Source: Eledone cirrhosa (lineage: Eukaryota). Taken from it: DNA of 64,000 bases. This document shows positions 1 to 26,520 of the stretch, in pieces. The DNA is taken from NCBI GenBank assembly GCA_964016885.1, contig OZ024759.1, positions 14,508,001 through 14,572,000 on the forward strand, given 5' to 3'. A model generated the notes under the pieces. That model made no database searches and was not told where the DNA came from. It saw only the letters and a program-made list of their open reading frames with translations. The number at the start of each line of letters is the position of its first letter. Position 1 is the first letter of the stretch. The position numbers were made by a program, and so were the translations under genes.

Positions 1-314
1 GAAATACATTTACAACACACAGCTGTTGTTTTTTAGTTCCAAGTCAGCCCTGATCGAGGAGATATACGATATAAAACGTTTCACTGATAACCAAGCCATC
101 TTGTTTTTCAGAAATTTTCCCGTCTCGAATAATGTCTCCCTCTCCTCGCTTATTAAATTTTCAGATTTTTTCCAATCTCTCCCCCCCTCTCCCCCCCCCC
201 CCTCGCTTATTAAATTTTAATTTATCCCTGGCAAATATTTATTTTAAGTTGTAGCACTCCGCGGACCTATTTATGTAAATAGAATTTGTTAGGCATTAGT
301 GTATACTATTCCTC

Positions 315-690
315 CACTAGAGGTCACTGCATGTGTTTTGTTGGCCGTTGTACTCTTGGTGGTTGCACTCCCTGCTAGAAACGACAGCCAATTTCAATGA
401 AGAGATCCTATGAGATAGCTTGTTACTTCCCTTTACGCGATGATAATTTTGCCACTAGAGGTCAATACATGTATTTTGTGGACCGTTGTCCTCTTGATGG
501 TTACACTCCCTGCTGGAAATAGCAACCAAATTAAATGAAATGATACTATGTGATAACCTGTTACCTCCCTTGCTTATGCATTTTTATATGATGACAATTC
601 GGCCACCAGAGGTCATTAAAAGGTATTTTGTTGGCCATAGGCCTGTAATAGGTTGGCCTGGCTGCTAGTAATAGCAGCCAAATTCACCTC
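315..690. repeat. ~130-150-bp tandem repeat (3 units), repeated again at 2197-2540
   Basis: Unit CCACTAGAGGTCACTACATGTATTTTG...TGCTAGAAATAGCAG. Confidence 0.8.
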
Positions 691-904
691 ATATTACATC
701 CTATTGGGTGTAATATGAGGTGGATTTGTATACAGCTGAACGATGTAGTTCTAGACACGCCGTGTCTAAAGACAAAGTGGCTCGATTATGACTGAAATGG
801 TTTTTATCGTCCATCTCGATCATGGCTGAACAACAGCTATCTACTTTATAAAAGAAGGTATGTATGTACAGAGTGTATGTGTGTAATGAACACTACAAAC
901 ATAT

Positions 905-1340
905 GAGAAAAAATGCTCAATCCTCACTACCCCAATAATACAAGCCCGGACAGTGTAGGAGAATACTATCCAATAACACACAGACCCCCCACCATCGCTA
1001 CTCCAGCTTGGACAGTGTAGAACATACTCCAATAATACACAGGTTACCAATATCGCCACCCCTGTAATAGATGCTTAGACAGTATAGGAAAATACGCTCC
1101 AATAATACACAGACCACCATCATCACTACCCCAGTAATATATGCTTGGACAGTGTAGAAAGACTAATAATACATAGATCACCACCAGCGCTACTCCAGCC
1201 TGGACAGTGTAGAACATTCTCTAATAATACATATATCACCACCATCCCTACCCCAGTGATGTATCCCTGGACAGTGTAGAACATTCTCCTATAATACATA
1301 GGCTATCACCATCACTATCCCAGCGATACAAACCACGACT
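905..1340. repeat. ~65-bp minisatellite
   Basis: GGACAGTGTAGAA..TCCAATAATACACAG.CCACCATC.CTAC.CCAG repeated about 6 times. Confidence 0.8.
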
Positions 1341-2966
1341 ATGTGGGAGAATGATCGCCGACATGCAGAGCTCCCACCTTGCCCAGGCGTGGACCGCCTT
1401 ATGATCCCAGCGTAGGAAAGTATAGAGAATGTGTGTGTTACCCTTGGAGGATAGTGAGGGAGACGTTTAAAATAGCCACTCGAACTCGCAGGACTCACTC
1501 CTGTGTGACGAACCCCACTCCGATAGCAGTGAATAGGGAGGTGGTCCTGGGACCAAGAACACTAGAAGTCTCCTTCGATACAACAACGGGTAGGCATCTA
1601 CCTGGTCACTCAATTTGAAAGAAATAGCAGCTAAATCTTCCTCAGTTTACACCTTAATCCTTGACGTCTTGAAATAAAGAGAATATGTTAGATAATGTAG
1701 TTTTATGTAATCGAAGTAACTTACCCCCAGAAAAAAATCAGATCATGGTAACACCCATACAAACTGGGGAATTAGGTTTTCGATATTGGTTTGCAGTTAA
1801 GAAAATCCCTATAGCTTATGTTGACTACTGACACGCAGAAGATAAGAATGATATTTTTAGTAATTTATTTGTATGATATAATTGTTTCTACTTTTAGCAC
1901 AAGGCCACCAATTAATCAGTGTATTACTGGTACTTTATTTTATCGACCCCTAAATGTTCAGTATATATATATATATATATATATATATGGTTAGAACCAA
2001 CGACCTTGTGATTTGAAAGAGAACTTTTTGTTGTAGTAACATGACTGAGATAGGAAATGTATATGCGTGTGTGTAAATTTTAAAATGTTACAGACGGAGA
2101 TAAATATACAAACACACGACATAGCGTCAATCATTTGTTTAAACAAGATAACGGACAAGGGACATAATTGGTTAATCAGTACTTTGTACAATTCAACCAC
2201 TAGAGGTCACTACATGTATTTTGTGGGCCGTTGTCCTATACACGGTTATCCTCTCTGTTAGAAATAGCAGTAGAATTGCATAAAGAGATCTTCGCGTTAG
2301 TTTGTTATCTTTTGGGTGATAACAGTTCAGCCACTAGAGGTCACTACATGTATTTTGTGTGCCGTTGTTCTATACGTGGTTGTCCTGTCTGTTAGAAATA
2401 GCAGTAAAATTGAATAAAGAGATCCTTCGTGATAGTTTGTTTGATGACAATTCAGCCACTAGAGGTCACTACATGTATATTATGTGCCGTTGTTCTATAC
2501 GTGGTTGCTCTCTCTGCTAGAAATAAAAACCAAATCCATCTCGTATCTATCTGTTGATGTATCTACCTCTCTTACCTATTTGTCTATAGTTATTAGTACC
2601 AGTAATGCACTGGGTAATTGCTGGCCTTGTGCCTAAAGTAGAAACAGTTATTTATTTATGCGTAATTACTTATGTATCTAAAATATATATTTTATTCACA
2701 GCTGTATAAATAACATTACAAATTGTTCAGAATGAAAATATAAACATACGATCAAAGCGAGAGAAAGAAAAGAAAAAGAACCACAAATCCCAAGATATAA
2801 ATAAATTGATATAGTCTGTAGTCTGTGTAGAATATCGAATATGTTGCCTCAATCATATTATCGTTTATATATATACGCTCTGAAAATTAGTTCTTTTCGT
2901 AATTAATCATTGAGAGATTATTGAACAGCAAGGTCAATATTATTTTCTATTGATCTAAATTAATAT

Positions 2967-3059
<93 letters not shown>

Positions 3060-3360
3060 TGAGTGAGTATATATATATATATATTTATTTATTAAAATAA
3101 CATTAAAGTTTAAGCAAAGAATCGCTGCTTTCACCCTTAACGGGATCTCCAGAAGATCCCGTTAAAGGTGAAAGCAGCGATTCTTTGCTTAAACTTTAAT
3201 CTGTTATTTTAATAAATATTTGCTCTACGGTTCTTATATATTTGATATATATTTATCCTTATCGAGCCCTCTTTGGATTTTAGTCTTCAAATTTATTATT
3301 ATTACTATATATATATTAATTCAAAATATTAACAAATATAGACATTCGTGTCATCAAGTA

Positions 3361-3427
3361 TATTTTATTATACATATTTCAGAGGTACTGAGCTATCTTC
3401 AACAGTACGTCCTCATCAGATAAAATA
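3361..3427 (-). ncRNA. Type I minimal hammerhead ribozyme (same repeat as 51450-51640)
   Basis: Reverse complement reads TATTTTAT-CTGATGA-GGACGTACTG..CAGTACCTCT-GAAA-TATGTA-TA^ATAAAATA. Confidence 0.72.
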
Positions 3428-3812
3428 AGATGAAGCATGACATACCCTGACTAAGTAGATGGTTAAAATTCAGTTATTGTAGTGAGTAAGATAGGACAAA
3501 ACTCAATATTTATATACCTTAAGATTGAGACATGAAAAAATTACATATAATACAGAGGGTGTGAGAAAGCTTATAAAGATACATAATAATAAACAACTAC
3601 TAATATAATATAAACCTAAACTGTTAGAAATTAAAATAATTTAAATAAAGTAATATATTATTGTAGAAAGAGGAAGTGAAAGACAGAGAGAGAAACAGAT
3701 GAGGAAAGAGAGAATGACTAGAAGTATAGATTTATCTTATGCATGAAAGCAAAAGAGAATTGATTAAGGATACAGAGAGGAGGAGAAAAGATAGATAGAC
3801 GATAGATAGATT

Positions 3813-3852
<40 letters not shown>

Positions 3853-3914
3853 CTATCTATCGTGTATCTATCTTTTCCCTCACGGAAAAGCAGACGTAAA
3901 ATGATGATGATATA

Positions 3915-4311
3915 TCATCATCATCATCATCACCGTTTTACGTCCGTTCTTCCACGCTAGCATGGGTTAGACGGGTTGTCCTGTTGTGGGCAGTGTCTGG
4001 TCGGCTGACCTTGTCTTGCTCATACGGGAACTGATTCTGGTTTGATTTCTACAGCTGGATGCCCTTCCTTACACCAACCTCATTTACAGTGAGTGTTCGG
4101 TGCTTTTTTGCCGTGGCACCTCCACGACGACTTTGCAGGGGAATGATAGGGACCTCAGTCCTATCATCTCATTTCTACAACTGAGTAAACTGGAGTAATG
4201 TGAAATAAAGCGCCTTGCTCAAGGTCTGAGAATTGCATCACCCGGTCTGAGAATTGAACTCACAACCTTTCGATTGCAAGCCCAATGCTCTAACCATTAA
4301 GTCATGTGCTT
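3915..4311 (-). mobile_element. SINE family A copy
   Basis: Reverse complement of 5284-5625 with a variant tail. Confidence 0.85.
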
Positions 4312-4312
4312 T

Positions 4313-4367
<55 letters not shown>

Positions 4368-4399
4368 CATACATACATACATACATACATACATACATA

Positions 4400-4830
4400 G
4401 CACAACCGGCCTGATATTGTAGTTTGGGACCACACATTGAAAACGTGTTCTGTTGTGGAGATCAGCTGCCCACTTGATGTAAACGTTGTCAGAAAAATAC
4501 AAGAGAAGGAGGACATCTACGGACCATTGATGAGGAGTTTACAAATCCAGTATCCAAGATACACCTTTAGCTTCATACCCATCATTATTGGTGCTACGGG
4601 TTATATACCAACCCGCTTGGACCAAAGTATGACTGAACTTGGATTTGCGGACAAAAAGCGCAGCTCCCTAATTCATAGTCTACAAATGGCTGCGATAGCT
4701 GGCACCTTCAAAATTTGCAAAACATTCTTGCGATTCAAGGGATGACAATTTCTTTTCTTTTACAACCTTGCCACCAGGAAGGTGGCCGGTCAAAAAATAT
4801 ACTCAAAATTAAGAGAAAGAGAAAACATAC
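4400..4830 (+). mobile_element. 3' fragment of an R4/Dong-like LINE (restriction-like endonuclease domain + 3'UTR)
   Basis: HNRPDIVVWD..VVEISCP..KEDIY..IPIIIGATG; bordered by (CATA)n. Confidence 0.8.
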
Positions 4831-5283
4831 ATATATCGAAGGCGCATGGCTTAGTGGTTGGAGTATATATATATAGAGGGAGAGAGCTCCACTATATAAA
4901 GATTTATATCATATATATATACATATAGAAGTGTGTGTATATATATCATCATCATCATTTTAAGTCAGCTTTTCTATGCTTGCAAGGGTGGGACTTTATA
5001 TATATATAATAAATAGATAGGGAGAACAAAATCATTAGTTAAGTGCATATACATTTCATAATGGCGTATCATTATGGTCCATTATCTTATTAATGCACTG
5101 GGTAATTGCTGGCCTTGTGCCTAAAGTAGAAACAATTATCTTATTTATACAACAATGTATAAATAAGTTGTTATCTTATTTATAAAACAATGAAATCTAT
5201 AAAAAATTGTAAGAAAGTCCTTTGACATGTCTACTATATCTAGTGTCAATTGTGGAAAAGAATAAATAATATATATATATATT

Positions 5284-5625
5284 GGAGGCACATGGCTTAG
5301 TGGTTAGAGCATTGGGCTTGCAATCAAAAGGTTGTGAGTTCAATTCTCAGACCGGGTGATGTGTTGTTTCCTTGAGCAAGACACTTTATTTCACATTGCT
5401 CCAGTTTACTCAGCTGTAGAAATGAGATGATAGAGACTGGGGTCCCTATCATTCCACTACAAAGTGGTCGTGGAGGTGCCACGGCAAAAAAGCACCCAGC
5501 ACTCACTGTAAATGAAGTTGGTGTTAGGAAGGGCATCCAGCTGTAGAAATCAAGCCAGAATCAGTTCCCGTCCCACCCTTGCAAGCAGGGAAAAAGTGGA
5601 CGTAAAATGAAATGATGATGATGAT
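5284..5625 (+). mobile_element. tRNA-derived CORE-type SINE with RTE-derived body and tail (family A)
   Basis: A box TGGCTTAGTGG, B box GAGTTCAATTC, CORE-like CCTTGAGCAAGACACTT..CAGTTTACTCAGCTGTAGAAATGAG, tail identical to the RTE 3' end. Confidence 0.88.
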
Positions 5626-5960
5626 TGTTATATTTAGGGAGGGTCATATTGTTATAATATTGCCAGAAATATATAATTAAAGACGCTCAGTGTTTGGTTT
5701 CGGTTGGTTTTTGCTTCCGTATATTTTATATCCCTTTAGTTAATTTAACTGGCAATCAATGTTTATCAGTTAAAAAATTATAGACATCTATATATATATA
5801 TATATAATCTCTCAGAGTTCTTTAATCACACACATATGACATCATCAGTGATACTATTCACCATCACAATATATTTATATATATACACACACATATATAA
5901 GAAAGTACATACAATAACAGCTTTAATATAATATTCAATACTTCTATTGTATAATTTCAG

Positions 5961-6179
5961 AAAGCTGTTATCTTAATTATACAATGATGAAATATATAGA
6001 AGTTGGAGCTGGAGCAATAATAACAAGAGATCTTCCAATACTGGAATTATACAGCACATACAAATCTCTGACATCATCATATTCATCATCATCATAACAA
6101 TAATCACTTCTATACATCCACTCTAGAAGACACCTATATAATCTAACATTACTAATACATCTCTACATTACAATCAGAG
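5961..6179 (+). other. Candidate non-coding 5'-UTR exon of the UCP gene
   Basis: Acceptor ataatttcag| at 5960. Donor GAG|gtaggt at 6180 (or TAG|gtaaat at 6184). Non-repetitive sequence. The first coding exon has an acceptor only 9 nt before its ATG, so an upstream exon is implied. Confidence 0.6.
5984..6097 (+). promoter_or_regulatory. Upstream ORF (MMKYIEVGAGAIITRDLPILELYSTYKSLTSSYSSSS*, 37 aa; 36 aa from the second ATG)
   Basis: Tandem ATGATG at 5984 (acaATG, A at -3), TAA at 6095-6097. These are the only ATGs in the candidate UTR exon. Confidence 0.5.
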
Positions 6180-6248
6180 GTAGGTAAATAGGAAAAGATT
6201 ATTTATCTTTTTAAACAGTAACATTTCTGTAAATATACCTATATATAT

Positions 6249-6297
<49 letters not shown>

Positions 6298-6904
6298 AGT
6301 ATATATATCTATATTTATACATTTATATATATATATATATATATATATTTATAAGTATATATATCTATATTTATACATTTATATATATATATATATATAT
6401 ATCATCATCATCACTTAACATATATATATATATATATGCAAGAAGATAGTACAGCATAATCGAGGTTCTGTTGTGTAATGGTCTAACTAGTTTCAAACTG
6501 AATCCCTCTTGATAAATATATATATCATCATCATCAACATCATTATCATCACCGTTTTACGTCTGTTCTTCCATGCTAGCATGGGTTCAACGGGTTGTCC
6601 TGTTGTGGCAGTGTCTGGTCGGCTGACCATGCCTTGCTCATACAGGAACTGATTTTGGCTTGATTTCTACAGCTGGATGCCCTTCCTAACACCAACCTCA
6701 TTTACAGTGAGTGCTGGGTGCTTTTTTCCGTGGCGCCTACACGTCCACTTTACAGTGTGGGCTGGGTGTTATTTTGCCGTGGCACCTCCACGACCACTTT
6801 GCAGTGGGAGGGTGTGGGGCCATATTGTCTATATATATATATATTTATCGAGGGATTCAGTTTGAAACTAGTTAGACCATTACACAACAGAGAACTCGAT
6901 ACTT

Positions 6905-7335
6905 GGGGTAGTAGAGTATGATTATAAAGAGTCAGGACTTAATGGCTGAGCTCTTTATATCCTATTCCCCTTCCGTCTTCTTGAAATGGCAAGAGCTCTC
7001 TCAAGTAACATTACTCCCAAAACCCTTTGGTGGAACCCCATTCAGCCACTTCTATTCATGATTGTATTCTTTCAATCATTACTCAAGATTCATGACCATA
7101 TGTAGAGAGAAACCACAAACACTGAATTGAAGATAGTGAGTTTGGCTTTTACACCTACCTCTTTTCTTCTGATGACCGAATTCTGAAGCTGGCGCATTAC
7201 TGTGTCAGCTCCTGTGAAAGTTGCTGTTAATTGAGCCTCCTGCTTTCTATCACCTGTGAACAATGCCCTGAGATACTTGAACTTCTCCACCTGCTTTTGT
7301 GGGATTCCACTCACATGTAGGGTGCACTGCACAGT
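6905..7335 (-). mobile_element. Degenerate RTE-like LINE fragment, second family
   Basis: QVEKFKYL..KAKLTIFNSVF; related pieces at 7530-7680, 50700-51050 and 60720-61030. Confidence 0.65.
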
Positions 7336-7999
7336 CTTCTAATGTACTCTATGTAGTGAAATCATTCTTGGGTTGAATGTATTCTGGTTCAAAAATGCAG
7401 TGTGTCACCGTATTTTCATACCATATGCCATATTCTTCAATTCAGACGAAAATAACCATGACTACAAAACTACTAAAACAATGTGTGTTACATTTGACTT
7501 GGGTGTCTACCTCTACGTCTCCTACCGGTTGGTTTCATCTGTAAAATCTCTCCCGCTATTCTTTCTAGAGACACTCGGATCACATGTCTGTAATATCAGA
7601 GCTGTGATCTCTCAATTTGGAAAAGTAGAGGCTCTTCCTGGAACGACATCAGATCTCCAAGCTATGTACTCTTATATGTTGTGTATAGATAATTCTTATT
7701 TAATTTTTCATGTGATTCAGTCATAGTGTGGCTTTGTACTTTTAAAGAATGTTTTGTTTATGTGGTTTGTTAATGAAAATGTTTATAATATTTTTACTTT
7801 TGGACAGATCACTGAGAAAATTTGCTGGATTACATTCAACAAAGACTTCAATTGTTTTTAATATGATGCAATTATGGTGTAGCTTAGTACTGTTCAAGAA
7901 AGTTTTACTAATGTGGTTGCATGTAATACAGGGCCTTAAGAATTAATACAAATCTTGTATTGTTTTGCATACTTACTACAAACGCATCTTTCCATTCCA

Positions 8000-8335
8000 A
8001 CAACCAGTGACACATTCTCTGCCTCTAACTTAGTTGCTTTGACCACAAACCTCAGTACTGCAGCCCGCCTTGCAGAGGAAAGGAAAATAAATAAATACCA
8101 GTGATTGTCTGGCCGCATCCTCTTTGCACTGGTTGCTGTCAAGACCCCAGGTGTAATTGGAGCCTGTAGAGTTGAGCTCCTACACAAGATCGGAACATCG
8201 GCAGCCCGTCTGAGGAAGGAGCTCCGTGAGATGGGGTGGCTGTTGCAGTAGGTGTCGCTGGCCATTGTCCGTGAGAATGTTTTTGTGGTCTTGTCTACGG
8301 GGTGCAGTCTCTTTACCTCCACGCCCCAGGCCCAG
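8000..8335 (+). mobile_element. Degenerate CRE-like RLE fragment
   Basis: Translates FALVAVKTPGVIG...REMGWLLQ*VSLAIVRENV, matching the 62.7-kb copy. Confidence 0.65.
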
Positions 8336-8911
8336 AGCCCAATCATCCTTCCCCTCCCCATTCTTCTGTGACACTAGAGTCCTTGCCATTCCCTCCCTTT
8401 TCTGATCTCTTTTTTTTTCCTTTTTCTCTCTTTTCTTTGGATGTGCAATGTCAATGTTGAGAGTGAAACTGTGTATAAGAGGGATAAGCTGCAGTGTGTG
8501 GGAGAGAAGACTGTGTTGGTGTGGACATGTGATACGCATGGATGATGACCGGTGGGTAAAGAAGTACTAAGAAATCGCAGTAGAAGGAAGACGCAGTAGA
8601 GGAAGACCACGGAAAACATGAGCGGAGGTGGTGAGAGCTGACCTCAGATCGCTGAGGCTCACAGAGGAGATGATGAAGGATGGTGACAAATGGAGAGATG
8701 CTGTGCTGAATAGGACCCATCCCAGCCTTGCAAGCAGGGAAAAGCGGATGTAAAAGGATGATGATGATGACTTTTCTCAATATAAATTTTCTTTCTTTTT
8801 CTATTAAACTGTATTTACATGATAAATTAATTCAAGAAATGTACAATAAACTCATCTGTGATTCCAATATAAATATTTGCTATTCCTTCTGTATTATTTT
8901 AGAAAATCAAA

Positions 8912-23229
<14,318 letters not shown>

Positions 23230-24119
23230 ACACCACCACCACCACTACTATCCTCCTTTTCCATATTTTATTACAATGTCATCACAACCACTATCAACAC
23301 CATTACCAATCTCTACCACCACCACCACCACCACCACTAACAACACCAACATCAACAACAACATCACTAACATCATTGCTACCATTTACGTAGATGAAGC
23401 AATGGTTGATAGCTCATGTTCACATTGTCTTCTTCATGTGTCTTCTGGTGGTCAAGAGAGAGAGAGAGAGAGAGAGAGAAAAAGAAAGAGAGAGGGAGAA
23501 AAAGAAAGAGAGGAGAAGAGTGAGAGACTAATATGCAATGAAATATGTTTCTATCTCTTCCATGCTATCCTCTTATGGAAGTGGAAGACTTTACAAACGT
23601 TATTGCCATGATTTTGAGGTGTGTGGTGTTCAAATCTGAAACCCTCAACCCCTCCACAAAATGGCAGTTTTTCAGTAAAGCAATCTACAACAATAACAAC
23701 ACCTCCTCCTTATCCTCTTCCTCATCCTCCTCCAATTACTACTATTTTATTATTTCTTGTTAATTATATTTTTTTTTATTGTTTTATACAATATTTCATA
23801 TTGCAATTCAATTTGTGGAGCAACGAACGTTCGTTATAACCCCCAACCCCCATCCCCTTTCTTCCCAACGTGTGGAAGCAGGGTGGGGGTGCAGACTCAC
23901 TGGTTCACTCATTGAAACTGACATTTCTGAAGAGTTGACAAGGGAGTATCTGTGTAACGTGTTGCAGAACAATTATTGCATGGGACTTTGTCTGAAGAAC
24001 ATTGATTCAGCTATTTTGTCAACTTTTTAAGATCGTATTTTTTGTTGATGTTTACATGTTTTGTTGATATACATTGCTGTAAGATAAATATATGCAAGTA
24101 AACACATATACACACACAC

Positions 24120-24165
<46 letters not shown>

Positions 24166-24244
24166 CAAAGGCTAGTTATGAATAACTGAAGATAGGTTAA
24201 AACATTGTTACATTAAATTACATTTATTTCATTTTAATTCTAAT

Positions 24245-24296
<52 letters not shown>

Positions 24297-25787
24297 TATA
24301 TAGAACTCGTCCCATGGACTGAGTGCTCTACCACTACGGATATTACCTTCCAGTGTTCTACCACTATATATATATACGTTAAACGATGATGATGATGATA
24401 TTATATATAAACAATGAGTTAGAGACTTTGTTGTTATGTTCATAACAGATACGAAGCACTCAACGGATAAAATTTATGTGGAGTATTATAATAGTATAAT
24501 AGTATGATAATAATAGTAATAAATGGCATATATAACACTATAGCATCATTATTTATTTCATTATATTAGGGCGGGGGATTGGTAGTATCTGTAGAGGGTC
24601 GGACATCATGCTTTGATGCATAGAGTTACGGCCCTTTCCATTCTGAGTTCAAATCCCGCCAAGGTCAACTTTACCTTTCATCCTTACGGGGTCGATAAAA
24701 TAAAGTACCAGTAATGTACTTGGTAATTGCTGGCCTTGTGCCAAAAGTAGACACAATTATTTATGTCATTTATATATATTTTACATTTTATACATCTAAT
24801 ATTGTATTTGGTCTGAAGAAGGCATTCTATAATGTAGTATCCCTAAAATATATATAACGAAATAAATTATGATGCTGTTTACTATTATTATATTATATCA
24901 TCATCATCATCATCATCATCATCATCGTTTAACGTCCATGTTCCACGCTTGCATATATATATATATATACATACATAAGTACACAGGCATGCATATATGA
25001 TAGACTTGCATACAATGTATTTGGTCAACTGTAGACTTACAGTAAAAGACTCCTACCCAAATGCCAATGAGGCCAGACCAGGCATTGGGATTGAAACTGA
25101 ATACACATGGCTGCAAGACAAACTTCTTTACCACATGGCTATATGTTGCATGTGACTAATTCTATTACTAAATACAGTGGCTGCAGGCAGCTATACTTCG
25201 GTGAAGTCCATTTTCAATGTGCTATCTGCTACTCTCAAAAGAGTTCACTCCTCTTTAGGATTGGAGACAACAAGAAAGACAAATATGGCTTGTACTACAA
25301 TTGTCGCTGTTGTCTTAGTCCATATATTTCTATTTCTATGCTATTGTTATTGTTGCTGTTTAACCCCAGGTCAGCTTTCATCGAGCAGAATAATGATCAA
25401 TGGTGTTCCACTAATGACCATCTTGTCATTTTCTGTATCTAGGATTACATTGTCAAATGTGATTTTTCTTTTCTTTTTTTTTCTTCTTTTTTTTTGAGAC
25501 AGTAGGGCATGATTTGAGGGATTTGTAGCTGCTCTTTCTAGCAGCCACACACACCACACATACTGTCATAAACACAAACACGCACATTCAAGCGTGTAAA
25601 CACACATATGTATATACACAAACTCATACAAATATGCAGTCACATTTAAACACACCAATACATACACACACATATTCAAACATGCAAATACATACAAAGA
25701 AACACACACATTCATGTGCATGTGTGTGAGCTCCTTTAATTACTATCATGTGACTCCCTTAATTACTTTTCTGAACTTTGCCCCAGA

Positions 25788-26520
25788 CTATTTTAGAACC
25801 AACTATCTGATTCCCCCCTGTTTATTCTAGAACCAACCAACCGATTCCCCTCCGTTTATTCTAGAACCAACCAACCGATCCCCCCCCCCTTCCGTTTATT
25901 TTGGAACCAACCAACCTTCCTCAGTTTATTGTAGAACCAACCAACCTTCTGTTTATTCTGGACCTAACTAACCTTCTCACCCCACTGTTTATTTTGGAAC
26001 CAACCAACCTTCCTCAGTTTATTCTAGAACCAACCAACCTTCCTCTGTATATTGTAGAACCAACCAACCATCCTCTGTATATTCTAGAACCAACCAACCT
26101 TCCTCAGTTTATTCTAGAACCAACCAACCTTCCTCTGTATATTGTAGAACCAACCAACCTTCCTCTGTATATTGTAGAACCAACCAACCTTCCTCAGTTT
26201 ATTCTAGAACCAACCAACCTTCCTCTGTATATTGTAGAACCAACCAACCTTCCTCTGTATATTGTAGAACCAACCAACCATCCTCTGTATATTCTAGAAC
26301 CAACCAACCTTCCTCAGTTTATTCTAGAACCAACCAACCTTCCTCTGTATATTCTAGAACCAACCAACCTTCCTCAGTTTATTCTAGAACCAACCAACCT
26401 TCCTCTGTATATTGTAGAACCAACCAACTTTCCTCTGTATATTTTAGAACCAACCAACCTTCTGTTTATTTTGGACCTAACCAATCTCCTCACCCCACTG
26501 TTTATTTTGGAACCAACTAA
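25788..26520. repeat. 30-bp minisatellite (TATTCTAGAACCAACCAACCTTCCTCTGTA)
   Basis: About 23 units. Confidence 0.92.

Noticed and set aside
2700-2935. Possible TATA box and first exon of UCP
   Set aside because: TATAAA is uninformative in such AT-rich DNA and the donor (AAG|gtcaat) is weak; it cannot be supported without RNA data.
5284-5355. tRNA-like sequences with A and B boxes (many copies)
   Set aside because: They continue into SINE bodies and lack a proper acceptor stem; these are SINE heads, not tRNA genes.
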